From the NCBI GenBank assembly GCA_963744145.1, contig CAVUSO010000001.1, positions 1,806,831 through 1,870,830 of the forward strand: a DNA stretch of 64,000 bases, in the 5' to 3' direction. The DNA comes from an uncultured cyanobacterium. Its GTDB lineage: Bacteria > Cyanobacteriota > Cyanobacteriia > Cyanobacteriales > CAWUOF01. Numbering within the stretch: the first letter of the stretch is position 1; every line of letters starts with the position of its first letter. Made by a program: the position numbers and the translations under genes. Of this stretch, positions 39,066 to 48,939 are shown piece by piece. A model generated the notes under the pieces. The model ran no database searches, had not been told where the DNA came from, and worked only from the letters and a program-made list of their open reading frames with translations.

Positions 39066-42000
39066 TCAAAATAAAAGTTGACTTTCTTGGGAGCGAGAGG
39101 GCAATGACCAGCTCTTGACTTTACCCAAGGTGACCGGCATCGGCAGGGCCACATCAATAGTAAAGCGGAAGACCTTACGCCCCCGACGACTATTATCTGG
39201 GTCGTAAAACTCGAGTTTGATATCCCAACAGTCACTGTTGATGCGACAGAAGGGGCTTTTTTCAACTTGAATGGTGTCAAGTTGACGACCCTCGGCGATC
39301 GCTAGAGCAAAGGTTAAAGCCGCTTGGAAGATATTGGTAGCAGCGAAATTAAGAGCGCGATCGCGGGAAGTCTGCCCTACATTGCGTAAATCATTGTAGA
39401 CTCGGTTAAGGAAGATGATCAGAGCTTGTCGAACCAAGGGTTCTTGGGCTGCATCCACTCGATTGGAAATGGCTGTCATTGCCGCGTTTACCAGAGTATT
39501 TACTTTCCATCCATACATTCCCCGCACATCATGGACTTTCACCACAGGCAAAACCTGACCTGAGAAGAGTTCCACCGTGCGGTTGGTGCGTCGGGCTGGT
39601 ATGCTAATTCGCTCTACAAATTCATCACTGGTTTCTGGTTCGAGTTGCCCCACCAACATCAGCAAAAACATCTCGTAGATATCTGATGAAAACGCTCCTG
39701 TTGGTTCAAGGGCATAAATAGTATCGCCATCAAGGCTCAAAGTCCAGATGAGGGAACGGCTCTCATCTGGGTGGCGATCGAGATGCTCGACCATCTGACG
39801 GACATCGTAGGGGTCAGGCGGAACCATTATCCCGTTAACTTCAGTCGGAGCCATCATTTGCTTGAAGGTATCGCAGCGGGCTTCATCTCCAAAGTCGTAG
39901 TTAATAGTCCCTAAAACGTAAACGTTGCCAGAGAAAGCCGTGCTAGCTTCGATCGTGCCTAGCTCTGCGGTAGTCTCAGCTACTGTAAGGGATATTTCAG
40001 TTGGTGTGGCAGATGCGGTGAGTGGCATGGCTAAACTGGTGGTTATAGCAGTGCTGATCCTTGTCTGGGCAGCAATAGCGCTAGGAACAGCATATCCACC
40101 ACGCTCTGTACGGGTGACTTGGTCACCTGCAAAGGAAATGGTGACAGATGGTTGCCCAAACAGCACCTTCATCGTGCCCGGTATATTGACAAAACCGCGC
40201 ATACAGCGTTCGGATTCTTCTACAATCTTTGGATCGCAAGGAATCGCAGTATTGAGCAATGCCGTTCGGATCGCTTCAGCATCGACGGGTTTACCCTCTT
40301 GTAGCTGCAAACTCATCATTAGTGCAGAGATTCCGGTCACGATCGGAGCAGCTCCACTGGTGCCCGTTCTGAGCCTCGGTTTCTCAGTTGCTAATTGTGC
40401 GCCCCAAATGTCGTCACCAGGAGCCATAATCCCTTCTTCAGTATAATTGCCTCCCCAATTATTGTAGTGGGCTGGTGGGTTGCCTAGATCCATTGCTCCT
40501 ACAGGAAGAGTTCCTGGCAATACACCAGGTAAACACCAGTATTCACCCAAACCGTTACCCGCAGGCCCGACAATCAAAATATTGTTATCTAGGCACTTCT
40601 GTACAGCTTGGGTAAACAACTCTTCTCCTTGACAAGTTTGGGTGGGGCGACATATTCCACAATGAATGATATTTGCCCCCAAATCCAGGGCCAGTTCAAA
40701 AGCACGGGCTAGATTAAGGGGAGAGGCAAGTTCCTCCGCCATCTCTATGCTGTCAAGTGGTAGATTAATTAGGCGACAGTTAGGAGCAATACCAGCAGCA
40801 GGGGTATTTTCTTGACCCACAATGATACTGGTGACATGGCAAGTATGGTCATCAATTTTAAGACGTGCGATCAGAGGTTCCGGAAAACTAGCCCTGAGTT
40901 CTGCTTCTTTCTCCTGCTTGGTGCGATCGCTGTCTTCAATAGCTCGGAAGGTGGCGTACTGTTCTGAAGAAATTGGCCCTGGAGTCTCGTGCCAGTAAGG
41001 AAAGACTTTAGAAATTGCAGCTCCCTGGAAACAGGACAACGAGTGGTCGGGGTTGCCTTCGAGAACCACAATAGTGATGCGAGGGTCGCCGAGAGTTTGG
41101 TTGCGGAGTTCAGCCAGTCCCGGGATGCGATCGTCAAGGTCGTGGGGATGAAGTGCCATAGAAACATCTTGTGCTGTCGCCTCAACTGTGCTCGTTGAAA
41201 CGGTTGCAGATGAACTCAAGGATGCGAGCAAATCTGACTCTTCGTCAACCGAAACACCAGTCTGCGTTGCTTCAGTTATTAGTTGTGCTGATGTAGAAAC
41301 ATCTACAGATCCAGCCCCATTCACCACAACCTCCGTGGTATAGTCATTCTCCTCAAGTTCGTAGGATGCCACTTCACTAGCCGAAACTTCTACTGACCTA
41401 AGCTTGTTCCAGCCAGCTACTGTAGCTGAACTCGCATCACTTGTACCCACAGCATGGTTTGGTAACGACCCCAACATGAACTCACCCACAGCCGACTCTT
41501 TCACATAATCCAGACCTGCTAATTGCCCAAAACCGTCGCTATCTCCACCTCCCAACGCGCAGGGAGCAAGACCCATATTAGTAGACACTAAATAGAGATT
41601 TTGCTGTAGCACTCCAACATCTTTCAACACCAACGAATAGGCTACAGAGCGATACTTGCGGAACAGCCTGCCAAACCTTGCCGTAATCACAAGAAGAACT
41701 TGTGGTTGGGGTTTGTAATAAATATAAGGTTCTAGAGCAAGGACATCCTGGGATGCAGCAATCTGCTCCAATTGATGATTTATTGGATCGTAGTGATACA
41801 ATCCTGTGTCTAGTCCTTGACAAAGTCGCACCACTGGATAAATTTCTAGCTCATACATTGCTCCGCTACCAGGATAAGGCCGACTACCTAGCTCACCATA
41901 GTCAATATCCGCGTCAAAGCCGAGTATTTTCCGCCAATTTTCACCAAGCCACTCCTCCTCTCGAAGAATATTTTTGACACGGGCAGTGCGATAAAGAAGT

Positions 42001-42932
42001 TCACCGAGTTGTTCTATCGTGATAGGATGTGCATCGTCGTGTTCTCGAATCGATTTCCGTCTCTCAATCACTTCTGTGAGTGTAGCATCGTTACATTGCA
42101 ATGCCTCCAAGTTTGGACGCGGTAGAGACACAACTTTGTCGCTCATGGGTGGCTTTACCACCGGAAAATCAGACCACTGTTCGATGTTGATATCTCCTAC
42201 TGGATAGTCATGGCGGCCTAATCTGCTCCGGCTGTGGAACAACAGGTTGTGAAAGTCCCAAAGTTGGAGCGAGGGGGTTTCAGGGTCAGCCGTCAGAAAT
42301 CCTGATGCCCACAGCAATTTGAGAAACTGATAGGCTGTTTCTGGACCTAGGTAGGGTGGTGGTGTCAGTGTGCCCAGAGATTGGGGTTGGGCAAGTTGAG
42401 CCAGAATAGCACTTGCCCGCCAGTCGAGAAGTTTAACCCGAAACTTTGAGAGGGGGGACTCCAGCACCATGGTGCCGTCGTGGGGATGCTGATAGGCAAA
42501 GCGGGAGAGGGTGATATTTGTTTGTGTCCAGTAGGGTTCGGTCAGATTTAGCTCGGCAGATTCCACCATCGGGATCGCTAGTGCTAGGGGCAACACAGCA
42601 TAACTCAACCAACCCCGCTGATCCAATTGTTGTAGCATTAGGGCGAACTGTTCCCCTGCTATCCGACCATCAAGTTCGACTAACCCTTGCACAAGTGATT
42701 CATTGGTAGAGTTGCCTACCTTGAGAAGATCAAGAGCCATACTGATTCCAGGTGTTGTTGCTAGGGTGAGCAAATCATTGGGATTGGATTCTGCTGATGA
42801 ACGTAGAATATAGTGGTCTTCGGTACTTGTCACTTGGACAAAAGGATTGAGGAAAATATTGAAGGGATGGTTGCTCATAGCAAATGATAATGGGAAACAA
42901 TGATTAGGCAAGTGAGTCAATGGCAATAGCAA
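39066..42932 (-). CDS. patG: PatG-like cyanobactin maturation protein: N-terminal SagB-type FMN dehydrogenase (azoline oxidase), subtilisin-like (S8) protease/macrocyclase domain, and the PatA/G C-terminal DUF
   Basis: SRPYPGSGAMYELEIYPVV (SagB/nitroreductase motif). S8 blocks ITIVVLEGNPD, ILIVGPAGNG, GTSGAAPIVTGISALM. C-terminal ~230 aa is about 60% identical to the C-terminus of the PatA-like protein (…LNFAATNIFQAALTF…EKSPFCRINSDCWDIKLEFYDPDN…). Confidence 0.8.
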   Translation of the reverse strand: MLLPLTHLPNHCFPLSFAMSNHPFNIFLNPFVQVTSTEDHYILRSSAESNPNDLLTLATTPGISMALDLLKVGNSTNESLVQGLVELDGRIAGEQFALMLQQLDQRGWLSYAVLPLALAIPMVESAELNLTEPYWTQTNITLSRFAYQHPHDGTMVLESPLSKFRVKLLDWRASAILAQLAQPQSLGTLTPPPYLGPETAYQFLKLLWASGFLTADPETPSLQLWDFHNLLFHSRSRLGRHDYPVGDINIEQWSDFPVVKPPMSDKVVSLPRPNLEALQCNDATLTEVIERRKSIREHDDAHPITIEQLGELLYRTARVKNILREEEWLGENWRKILGFDADIDYGELGSRPYPGSGAMYELEIYPVVRLCQGLDTGLYHYDPINHQLEQIAASQDVLALEPYIYYKPQPQVLLVITARFGRLFRKYRSVAYSLVLKDVGVLQQNLYLVSTNMGLAPCALGGGDSDGFGQLAGLDYVKESAVGEFMLGSLPNHAVGTSDASSATVAGWNKLRSVEVSASEVASYELEENDYTTEVVVNGAGSVDVSTSAQLITEATQTGVSVDEESDLLASLSSSATVSTSTVEATAQDVSMALHPHDLDDRIPGLAELRNQTLGDPRITIVVLEGNPDHSLSCFQGAAISKVFPYWHETPGPISSEQYATFRAIEDSDRTKQEKEAELRASFPEPLIARLKIDDHTCHVTSIIVGQENTPAAGIAPNCRLINLPLDSIEMAEELASPLNLARAFELALDLGANIIHCGICRPTQTCQGEELFTQAVQKCLDNNILIVGPAGNGLGEYWCLPGVLPGTLPVGAMDLGNPPAHYNNWGGNYTEEGIMAPGDDIWGAQLATEKPRLRTGTSGAAPIVTGISALMMSLQLQEGKPVDAEAIRTALLNTAIPCDPKIVEESERCMRGFVNIPGTMKVLFGQPSVTISFAGDQVTRTERGGYAVPSAIAAQTRISTAITTSLAMPLTASATPTEISLTVAETTAELGTIEASTAFSGNVYVLGTINYDFGDEARCDTFKQMMAPTEVNGIMVPPDPYDVRQMVEHLDRHPDESRSLIWTLSLDGDTIYALEPTGAFSSDIYEMFLLMLVGQLEPETSDEFVERISIPARRTNRTVELFSGQVLPVVKVHDVRGMYGWKVNTLVNAAMTAISNRVDAAQEPLVRQALIIFLNRVYNDLRNVGQTSRDRALNFAATNIFQAALTFALAIAEGRQLDTIQVEKSPFCRINSDCWDIKLEFYDPDNSRRGRKVFRFTIDVALPMPVTLGKVKSWSLPSRSQESQLLF

Positions 42933-43439
42933 GTGGTGAAATCATCAGTAAGGGATAGAAATTAAATAACTAGCTTGCTTGTAGTAACACATCAGAGCGA
43001 AGACAGCGCTTACTACGAACCAAACCGTCAAGTTATTTATTTTTCATTCCTAATGGCATCTTATATGTTGTTAAAAATTCGATCCCGTATAACTTTAAAA
43101 GGTTAGGTTTTTTTGGACGGTTCAACAATTGTTTTATCCGCTAACTATAACAAAAGATTTATTATGTTCGATCGCCCTCAACATCGCAATTAGGCTCAAT
43201 CCCACACAAACCTTCTATTCCAAGAACAGCTTCTTCAAATAAAGGAATCGGAAAACTAGGTTCTACATCAAAAGCATCTCGGTGAGCCCGCATAAACCGA
43301 AGACGGTGTTCTCGTAGATAATTATGTAAAAATCCAGAATTTATCGTCATAATCGTATTTCCTCATCCAACACTTTTTAAGTTATCTGCTGCAAATTATA
43401 TGCACCCATTCAGAATAGGTTTTGAGTTTGGATGCACTT

Positions 43440-45233
43440 TCATTTTATCTTGTTCACAAAATTATTTATTTCGTAGTACATTTTTACTCTCTGAATTGAA
43501 TCAATATAAAACTCAGATTCAGGAATACCTAAATACAGCCTCTTAAAGACTCGATTCCGGTAATAAGCATGGACTTTATTCACCATCTCATTGCCCAAAT
43601 ATTCAACAGCACTATTGGGAGATTTGAAATTAGTGAAATAAAGGACATCACTATCGTTCTCATTGCTAATACCGATTTGAACAACTCTACTCTCATAGAA
43701 AAGAGGAAGTGCTCTAGCAGGTAATCTCGAAGTTAAATATGCTTGTACATCCAGGCGATCGAGATCGGCAGGATAAAAAGTAGGATAGACTTCTACCGCC
43801 GCTTTATTGTTAAAGAAAAAGTCAAACCCTACTAATAAAGTCCCATTGATAATTAATTTCTCCCAGTCTCGCTTTTCTCCGCAAAGTGCGATGGCAATTG
43901 CTATCTTTTCTGGATAATCCCTGATGCTAAGAAATAACTTTATTCGTGAACGTTTTAGTTCTGGACGAACATCGACACCGACAGACACCATATCTACTTT
44001 ATGAGGGTCTATACCTGTAGCTAAAAACTGCTGAAGTAAACTGCGATCAAGCTGAATTTCTGGACTTCCTTCTATCAAACGAGAGAAAGAGAGGAAATCT
44101 TCAATATCAAGCAATTTCACTACTGGATCGGGAACACCAACTTCAGAGAGATAAGTAAAACGAGCTGGATAAAAACAATCTTTTTCAATATTGCAGCAAC
44201 AGGCAATACAACCTCCTTGATCTTTTCTCTGCTTACCGATAAATTCTGCAAATAAATTTAATGGATAAGAATTTTCAATATTAAAAACTTGTTTGTGTTC
44301 TTCAAAATAACGCAAATTTTCTTCATGGCGATTCAATCCGAAACTGGACTTCACACCAGAAAAATGCTTTTGGGGTTCAACTTTTATTCTGGCAGGTTTG
44401 ACCGCTTTAATATCAGCAAAAAATAAGGGTAAATTGGGGTGAAGGAAATTTGCAGAAGCTAGACGTAGAGCTAGTGATGGCATCTTAACTGTTTGGTTTT
44501 CATCATATTCAATAGATTGGAAACCAGCCTCATGAACAAGCTCAACTAAGTTCTTAAGAGGAATAACATGGCTGTTTTGGAGTTCTTGCTGGTTGATTTC
44601 ATCCATTGCTTTTTGCTCTAGTGGAGAAAGGGGTGGCTCTTTAACAAAGAGACCCGTAATATATAGAGTTCCCCCCGGATTTAGCACGCGTCTGGCTTCA
44701 GCAAGGACTTGGGATACCCGATTAGAATACTTGATGCTGTCGTTGAAAAACACTACATCAAATACTTCATTGGGAAAAGGTGGGAAATGAAAATCACCTA
44801 CTTGGACCCGCACCCGATCAACCAAGTTAGCTTGGGCAATCCGAATTTGGGCTTCTGCCGCTTCCACCTCAGAAATTGTTAGACCCTCAATCCGGGTTCC
44901 TGGAAACAACTGAGCAATATGAATCGCCGGAATTCCTGCTCCACAACCAGCATCAAATATATAGTTTCCGGGCTTTATCCCCATGCGATCTGCTAGACTA
45001 AGGTTGTGTGATCTAGCTACTGCATCAGGAACCATCCGACTAAAGTTGATGGAGTGCTTATTATAAAAAGTGCGAACTTCTTCGACTTCGGGCGTAGGGT
45101 TAGGTTGAATAGGAGCACTTGGACTGATGTAGTTATTTTGCATGATGTTCGATAGGGATAACTGGCGGAAAGAAAAGTCTGGATGACTTGATGGTGAGCT
45201 TAAGTGCATCTTCAACAGTAAAGACAAGACCAA
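43440..45233 (-). CDS. Class I SAM-dependent methyltransferase fused to a C-terminal domain occupying the PatF (cyanobactin prenyltransferase family) position; putative bifunctional MT-PT
   Basis: MTase motif I IFDAGCGAGIPAIHIA, post-I acidic residue, motif II/III region. ~350-aa C-terminal domain of PatF-like size immediately downstream of the precursor gene. The PT call is positional/inferential. Confidence 0.5.
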   Translation of the reverse strand: MVLSLLLKMHLSSPSSHPDFSFRQLSLSNIMQNNYISPSAPIQPNPTPEVEEVRTFYNKHSINFSRMVPDAVARSHNLSLADRMGIKPGNYIFDAGCGAGIPAIHIAQLFPGTRIEGLTISEVEAAEAQIRIAQANLVDRVRVQVGDFHFPPFPNEVFDVVFFNDSIKYSNRVSQVLAEARRVLNPGGTLYITGLFVKEPPLSPLEQKAMDEINQQELQNSHVIPLKNLVELVHEAGFQSIEYDENQTVKMPSLALRLASANFLHPNLPLFFADIKAVKPARIKVEPQKHFSGVKSSFGLNRHEENLRYFEEHKQVFNIENSYPLNLFAEFIGKQRKDQGGCIACCCNIEKDCFYPARFTYLSEVGVPDPVVKLLDIEDFLSFSRLIEGSPEIQLDRSLLQQFLATGIDPHKVDMVSVGVDVRPELKRSRIKLFLSIRDYPEKIAIAIALCGEKRDWEKLIINGTLLVGFDFFFNNKAAVEVYPTFYPADLDRLDVQAYLTSRLPARALPLFYESRVVQIGISNENDSDVLYFTNFKSPNSAVEYLGNEMVNKVHAYYRNRVFKRLYLGIPESEFYIDSIQRVKMYYEINNFVNKIK

Positions 45234-45403
45234 AGAAGGAACATAGGACTTTAAAAAAGTTTTTTATCTAAGCCTCCTTGGCCTTGTCTGTAGTCTCAAG
45301 CCTATCAACGTTTAATCCCGATATTTAGGGCAGTAAACTGCAATTTTACCGGATTTGGAAGGCTTAAGATGCAATTTGCTGGCCATTCGCAAATTGGAAG
45401 AAT

Positions 45404-45646
45404 TTAGGCATCACCATCGAAGGAACAGATGCATATGATAGCTGCATCTACACCATCGAAGGAACAAATGGTTGGAACGAAAGCTGCATCTACACCATCG
45501 AAGGAACAGATGCATATCATAGCTGCATCTACACCAGCACCACCGAGAGCTTCCTCAGATAGTTCAGCCAAGTGGCTGGGGAGTTGACCATTGGTAATGC
45601 GGAGTACGGGTTTGGCTTGTTGGGGCAGGATATTTTTCTTATTCAT
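45404..45646 (-). CDS. patE: Cyanobactin precursor peptide (PatE-like), 80 aa: conserved leader + three core cassettes
   Basis: Leader MNKKNILPQQAKPVLRITNGQLPSHLAELSEEALGGA is PatE-like. The rest is GVDAA-MICIC-SFDG-VDAA-FVPTIC-SFDG-VDAA-IICIC-SFDGDA. The DNA shows three cassette repeats at 45420-45540. The track ORF (to 45745) has a spurious N-terminal extension. Confidence 0.8.
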   Translation of the reverse strand: MNKKNILPQQAKPVLRITNGQLPSHLAELSEEALGGAGVDAAMICICSFDGVDAAFVPTICSFDGVDAAIICICSFDGDA

Positions 45647-45780
45647 GGAACTAATCCTTATTTTGTTGCTTGGTTTGTTGACCCGTTTAGGTGGGTTAAT
45701 CCTCTCCTTCATTGAGAAGAAGGCTGATGAAGCAACATCTGGCACGTAGAGAAGCCCGTTGCCTGCAAACTTTAAAAGAC

Positions 45781-48129
45781 TTAGAATGGTATATTCATAG
45801 GATTCATTTCTGCCTCAGCCAGGGGTAAAATTTGCCACCCTAACTGCACCGGAACATCATAAAGCCGCCCGGGAGCAAACCGCGACCATAAACCTCTCAT
45901 TCCGGGTATAATCACTTTGACGACATTCAAGCCAATGTCCGGTCGCGTTTGGTCTAATACCAAAGTTTCTAGCCCTACTGTTTGAGCTATCCCTACACAA
46001 GTCATCACATCTGTATAGATATCATCACTCCAACGTTTCGGGTAATCATTGGCAGTCTTCATCGGCTGTGTTTGATCGGGAAGTAGACAAGGATGACTAG
46101 ATCGAGTCACTTCTAAAAACCAGTCTTTCGACTCATCTTTGAGTTGCTCGTCAGGAATTTTGTCAAGTTCCAGTCCAACCTGACTCACCTCAGTCAAACT
46201 GCGAAGAATAGCAATCTTCGGGTCTAGATGCGCCCCAAAACCGACGATCACCCGCTCTGAACTTCCTACTGTGCGATACGATATACCCGCAAACGCCGGA
46301 ATTCCCAGGTCAGCAGTTAAATCCAGCACCCAAAGTTCTCGGTTCCGCTCCTGGTAGAACTGCTGCAACTGGAGAAAATAAGGCTCATCAAAGCTGCTGA
46401 GATCCACCCCTGGACGTCTAAGGCGGTTGTACCACCACAGGGCTACGCTATCACGCTCCACCAGTTCCATAAACCCTTGCAATATTGCCTCTTCAAGGGT
46501 ATTGCCCGCCGCGTTACCGTTGGAATCTGCCTTACAGAAACGATTGGTTTCTGGGATGGGATAGTGGTAGTAGCAAAAGGCAGTGGGAAGGTATTTGTGT
46601 GTCTGTGCAGTCAATGACCATACTGGTGTCCAGTCAATGGCTTGACTGGCATCAAACCGATGGGGAATCCAGCGATAGGCTGCTTCTGTCCCTTGAGCGT
46701 TTAGGGCTTCTCGATTAGCATACTGCCCATCGCTAAAGTACAAACACTGCTCCGGATGAATTGCCAAGTCTCCTAGTTCTGCTAGAGTTGCCCGTTTACG
46801 GGGTTCATCTCCCTGAAAGATCCCTGAATAGCGTTCCACTGCCTCACATAACCCACTTGCCCGCGATTGGCTATCGGTTTTGCCCTTGCCCGAACTCTTG
46901 TGGCGGAGGGTATTACGTAGTCCCCGCAGGGATATAGCACTACCAAAACTATGCCCTGCCCGGTAAGTATGAACCAATTGGTTGGCTGGATCGGTGATTC
47001 GCACTAGTTCTGTCACTACCCCTGTAATCGGGCTGATCAGGTGTTGGTATTTCTGAACAGTCTGTTCCGGGGTAACAGCGCGGTGACCACCATCAGCCGT
47101 GAAGTGCTTGGGGCGCGATTCTAGCTGTAGCGGTTCAAATCCCCGTCGTTGCAGGATACCTGAGTCGCCACAGGTCGGACATTGAGGTCGCTTAATCAAG
47201 ATATGACTTTTCAAGTCCAGAATCGTCTGGTTAAAGGTGATAATCTTGCCGTCTAGGGTAGGGAAGAGCGCAGTTCCTGGTGCAGTTTTATTGGCATAGT
47301 GCTTGACAATCCACTTGGCAATTTCAGTTGCTGCAAACTGTAACCCCGTTTGTAAGGTTGAAGGTAGTGTTGCCCGTGCTGTGGGGAGGCAACCTACCAC
47401 CCGCACTTTTTGGCCATTGCGCTCTTGTTGGGCTTGTTTTTGCCGCAAGACCGACGACTCAACTTCTCGATTGCCCCGCAATCGCTGGGCAAGACAGTCC
47501 CAACACCCCGTCTTTCCAGGAACAAACACCGGACCTAACCAGAGAACACTGCCCACTGGCTTGATTAGTAGCCAAGCTTGTTGGTGTTGCAGAGCCTGTT
47601 GGTTAATTGCCCCTAGTTCGGGCTGTAAATAATCATCAGTCAAAACTATGTTAATTACTGCGGAGGAACCCGCATCTGTGGGTTTTTGTACCGCAATACC
47701 CATCTCCTGCAACGCATTGGTGAGAGCAGTAGCAGTTACTTCATTGATGTTCTCCCCCACTGTTGTCAGCGTGACCGGCTGATGTAGTCCCTGTGCTGCA
47801 ACAGCGGGTGAAATCCCTAACTCGCTCCAAAATGCCGCCACTTCTGGGGATAAAATCGGGGCAGCCTCGGTGAGGTATCCCTTCTCTGCCAGGCGATTGA
47901 GCACATAGTCAATATATTCTGGTGGAACTTCCCCATCCAGCTTTTCGACAATCTGCATCTGGGTATATTGCCCATCCAACAGAGGCAATATTTGGCAGTA
48001 GAGTTGCCCTGTGAGGACATAGTTAGCCTGTTCGCCAAGTAGATAAACTTGCTTTGGCTCAATGATCTCGACATGAAAGTGGGGCTTAATTTGCAGCAGT
48101 GTGGTAGATTGCATGGAGCGAACAGTCAT
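45781..48129 (-). CDS. patD: PatD-like cyanobactin heterocyclase (E1-like docking domain + YcaO cyclodehydratase), 782 aa
   Basis: Size and domain order as PatD/TruD. Cys-x-x-Cys pairs (CWDC, CPTC) in the N-terminal zinc-tetrathiolate region. YcaO-type C-terminal domain. Located directly upstream of the precursor. Confidence 0.8.
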   Translation of the reverse strand: MTVRSMQSTTLLQIKPHFHVEIIEPKQVYLLGEQANYVLTGQLYCQILPLLDGQYTQMQIVEKLDGEVPPEYIDYVLNRLAEKGYLTEAAPILSPEVAAFWSELGISPAVAAQGLHQPVTLTTVGENINEVTATALTNALQEMGIAVQKPTDAGSSAVINIVLTDDYLQPELGAINQQALQHQQAWLLIKPVGSVLWLGPVFVPGKTGCWDCLAQRLRGNREVESSVLRQKQAQQERNGQKVRVVGCLPTARATLPSTLQTGLQFAATEIAKWIVKHYANKTAPGTALFPTLDGKIITFNQTILDLKSHILIKRPQCPTCGDSGILQRRGFEPLQLESRPKHFTADGGHRAVTPEQTVQKYQHLISPITGVVTELVRITDPANQLVHTYRAGHSFGSAISLRGLRNTLRHKSSGKGKTDSQSRASGLCEAVERYSGIFQGDEPRKRATLAELGDLAIHPEQCLYFSDGQYANREALNAQGTEAAYRWIPHRFDASQAIDWTPVWSLTAQTHKYLPTAFCYYHYPIPETNRFCKADSNGNAAGNTLEEAILQGFMELVERDSVALWWYNRLRRPGVDLSSFDEPYFLQLQQFYQERNRELWVLDLTADLGIPAFAGISYRTVGSSERVIVGFGAHLDPKIAILRSLTEVSQVGLELDKIPDEQLKDESKDWFLEVTRSSHPCLLPDQTQPMKTANDYPKRWSDDIYTDVMTCVGIAQTVGLETLVLDQTRPDIGLNVVKVIIPGMRGLWSRFAPGRLYDVPVQLGWQILPLAEAEMNPMNIPF

Positions 48130-48163
48130 TGATTAAGTGGACAAAAACCAAACATCCCATTAA

Positions 48164-48763
48164 TTAAGCCCAGATGCGACCCCGTCGGAAGTCCTTGGGC
48201 TGCTGTTCAGGGGTTTTGGCAGATCTTTTGGCATAATCCCACCAATAGGAATAATCTTGCAGCCCGGTCTGGGAAGTGGGCACATAAGACTTTTTCGGTT
48301 CAGGGGTTGAGGAGACTTCCGAGGTTGTTGGTGTTGGTGTTGGTGTTTTCTTAGCCATCGTTTTTTTAGTTTCCTTGGGTGTTTCGGGTGTTTGGGAGGT
48401 TGGCGGTAGCTGGAGATTAACCACTCCCTCTAGCTTGAGGTAGTCGATCCGGTGTACTCCATCTCCCGACCCTTTAACAGTGGTCAGGGTTAGGGTATGT
48501 TGCCCAGCACTGAGGGCTGGTAAGGGAATCTGGGTTTGGGTTGGCTTGCCTGACCCGACGCCGACCAGTTCGGTTACTAGTTCACCATCAACCCAGAGGG
48601 TGTCAACTTCAGAGCCAAAAAAGTTATAAAAGAGTGTAAGTTCGCCTGTACTGTAACTTTGGGTTAGGGTGAATTGAATATTTAGTTTGTCGGTGGAAAA
48701 AAGCTGTTTTCCTTTGTGCTGTGGTTTCTTCTTGCGACCTGGAACCAAGAGCAACGATGGCAT
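48164..48763 (-). CDS. Hypothetical protein (199 aa) in the PatC position of the cluster, Thr/Pro-rich linker
   Basis: Positional only. TPETPKETKKTMAKKTPTPTPTTSEVSSTPEPKK low-complexity segment. Confidence 0.35.
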   Translation of the reverse strand: MPSLLLVPGRKKKPQHKGKQLFSTDKLNIQFTLTQSYSTGELTLFYNFFGSEVDTLWVDGELVTELVGVGSGKPTQTQIPLPALSAGQHTLTLTTVKGSGDGVHRIDYLKLEGVVNLQLPPTSQTPETPKETKKTMAKKTPTPTPTTSEVSSTPEPKKSYVPTSQTGLQDYSYWWDYAKRSAKTPEQQPKDFRRGRIWA

Positions 48764-48939
48764 ATGTGGATGGTTAATGGGTTCTGGATCTGACCCAACA
48801 ATGTAGGTAAATTCCTTTTGCCAGCCACCTACCTGCGAAAACTCTTGCCCTCCTTTACCAGGATGACCAATTTGCCATAGAGTTTCAGTTTGCTGAGGTA
48901 TGGTGATGAGCGACTTATCAGTGGCTCTTTAGTGGCTTA

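Noticed and set aside
39925-42709. Several 60-170-aa + strand ORFs inside the PatG-like gene (e.g. 39925..40446, 41702..41977)
   Set aside because: Embedded antisense frames in a GC-richer gene; no motifs.
43162-43350. 62-aa ORF between the MT-PT gene and patG-like gene
   Set aside because: Too short and without recognisable features. It could be a real small cluster gene but cannot be supported from sequence alone.
45647-45745. N-terminal 33-codon extension of the precursor ORF (MPDVASSAFFSMKERINPPKRVNKPSNKIRISS)
   Set aside because: The conserved PatE-type leader begins at the internal Met (MNKKNILPQQ). The extension lacks conservation and is probably an artefact of the longest-ORF rule.
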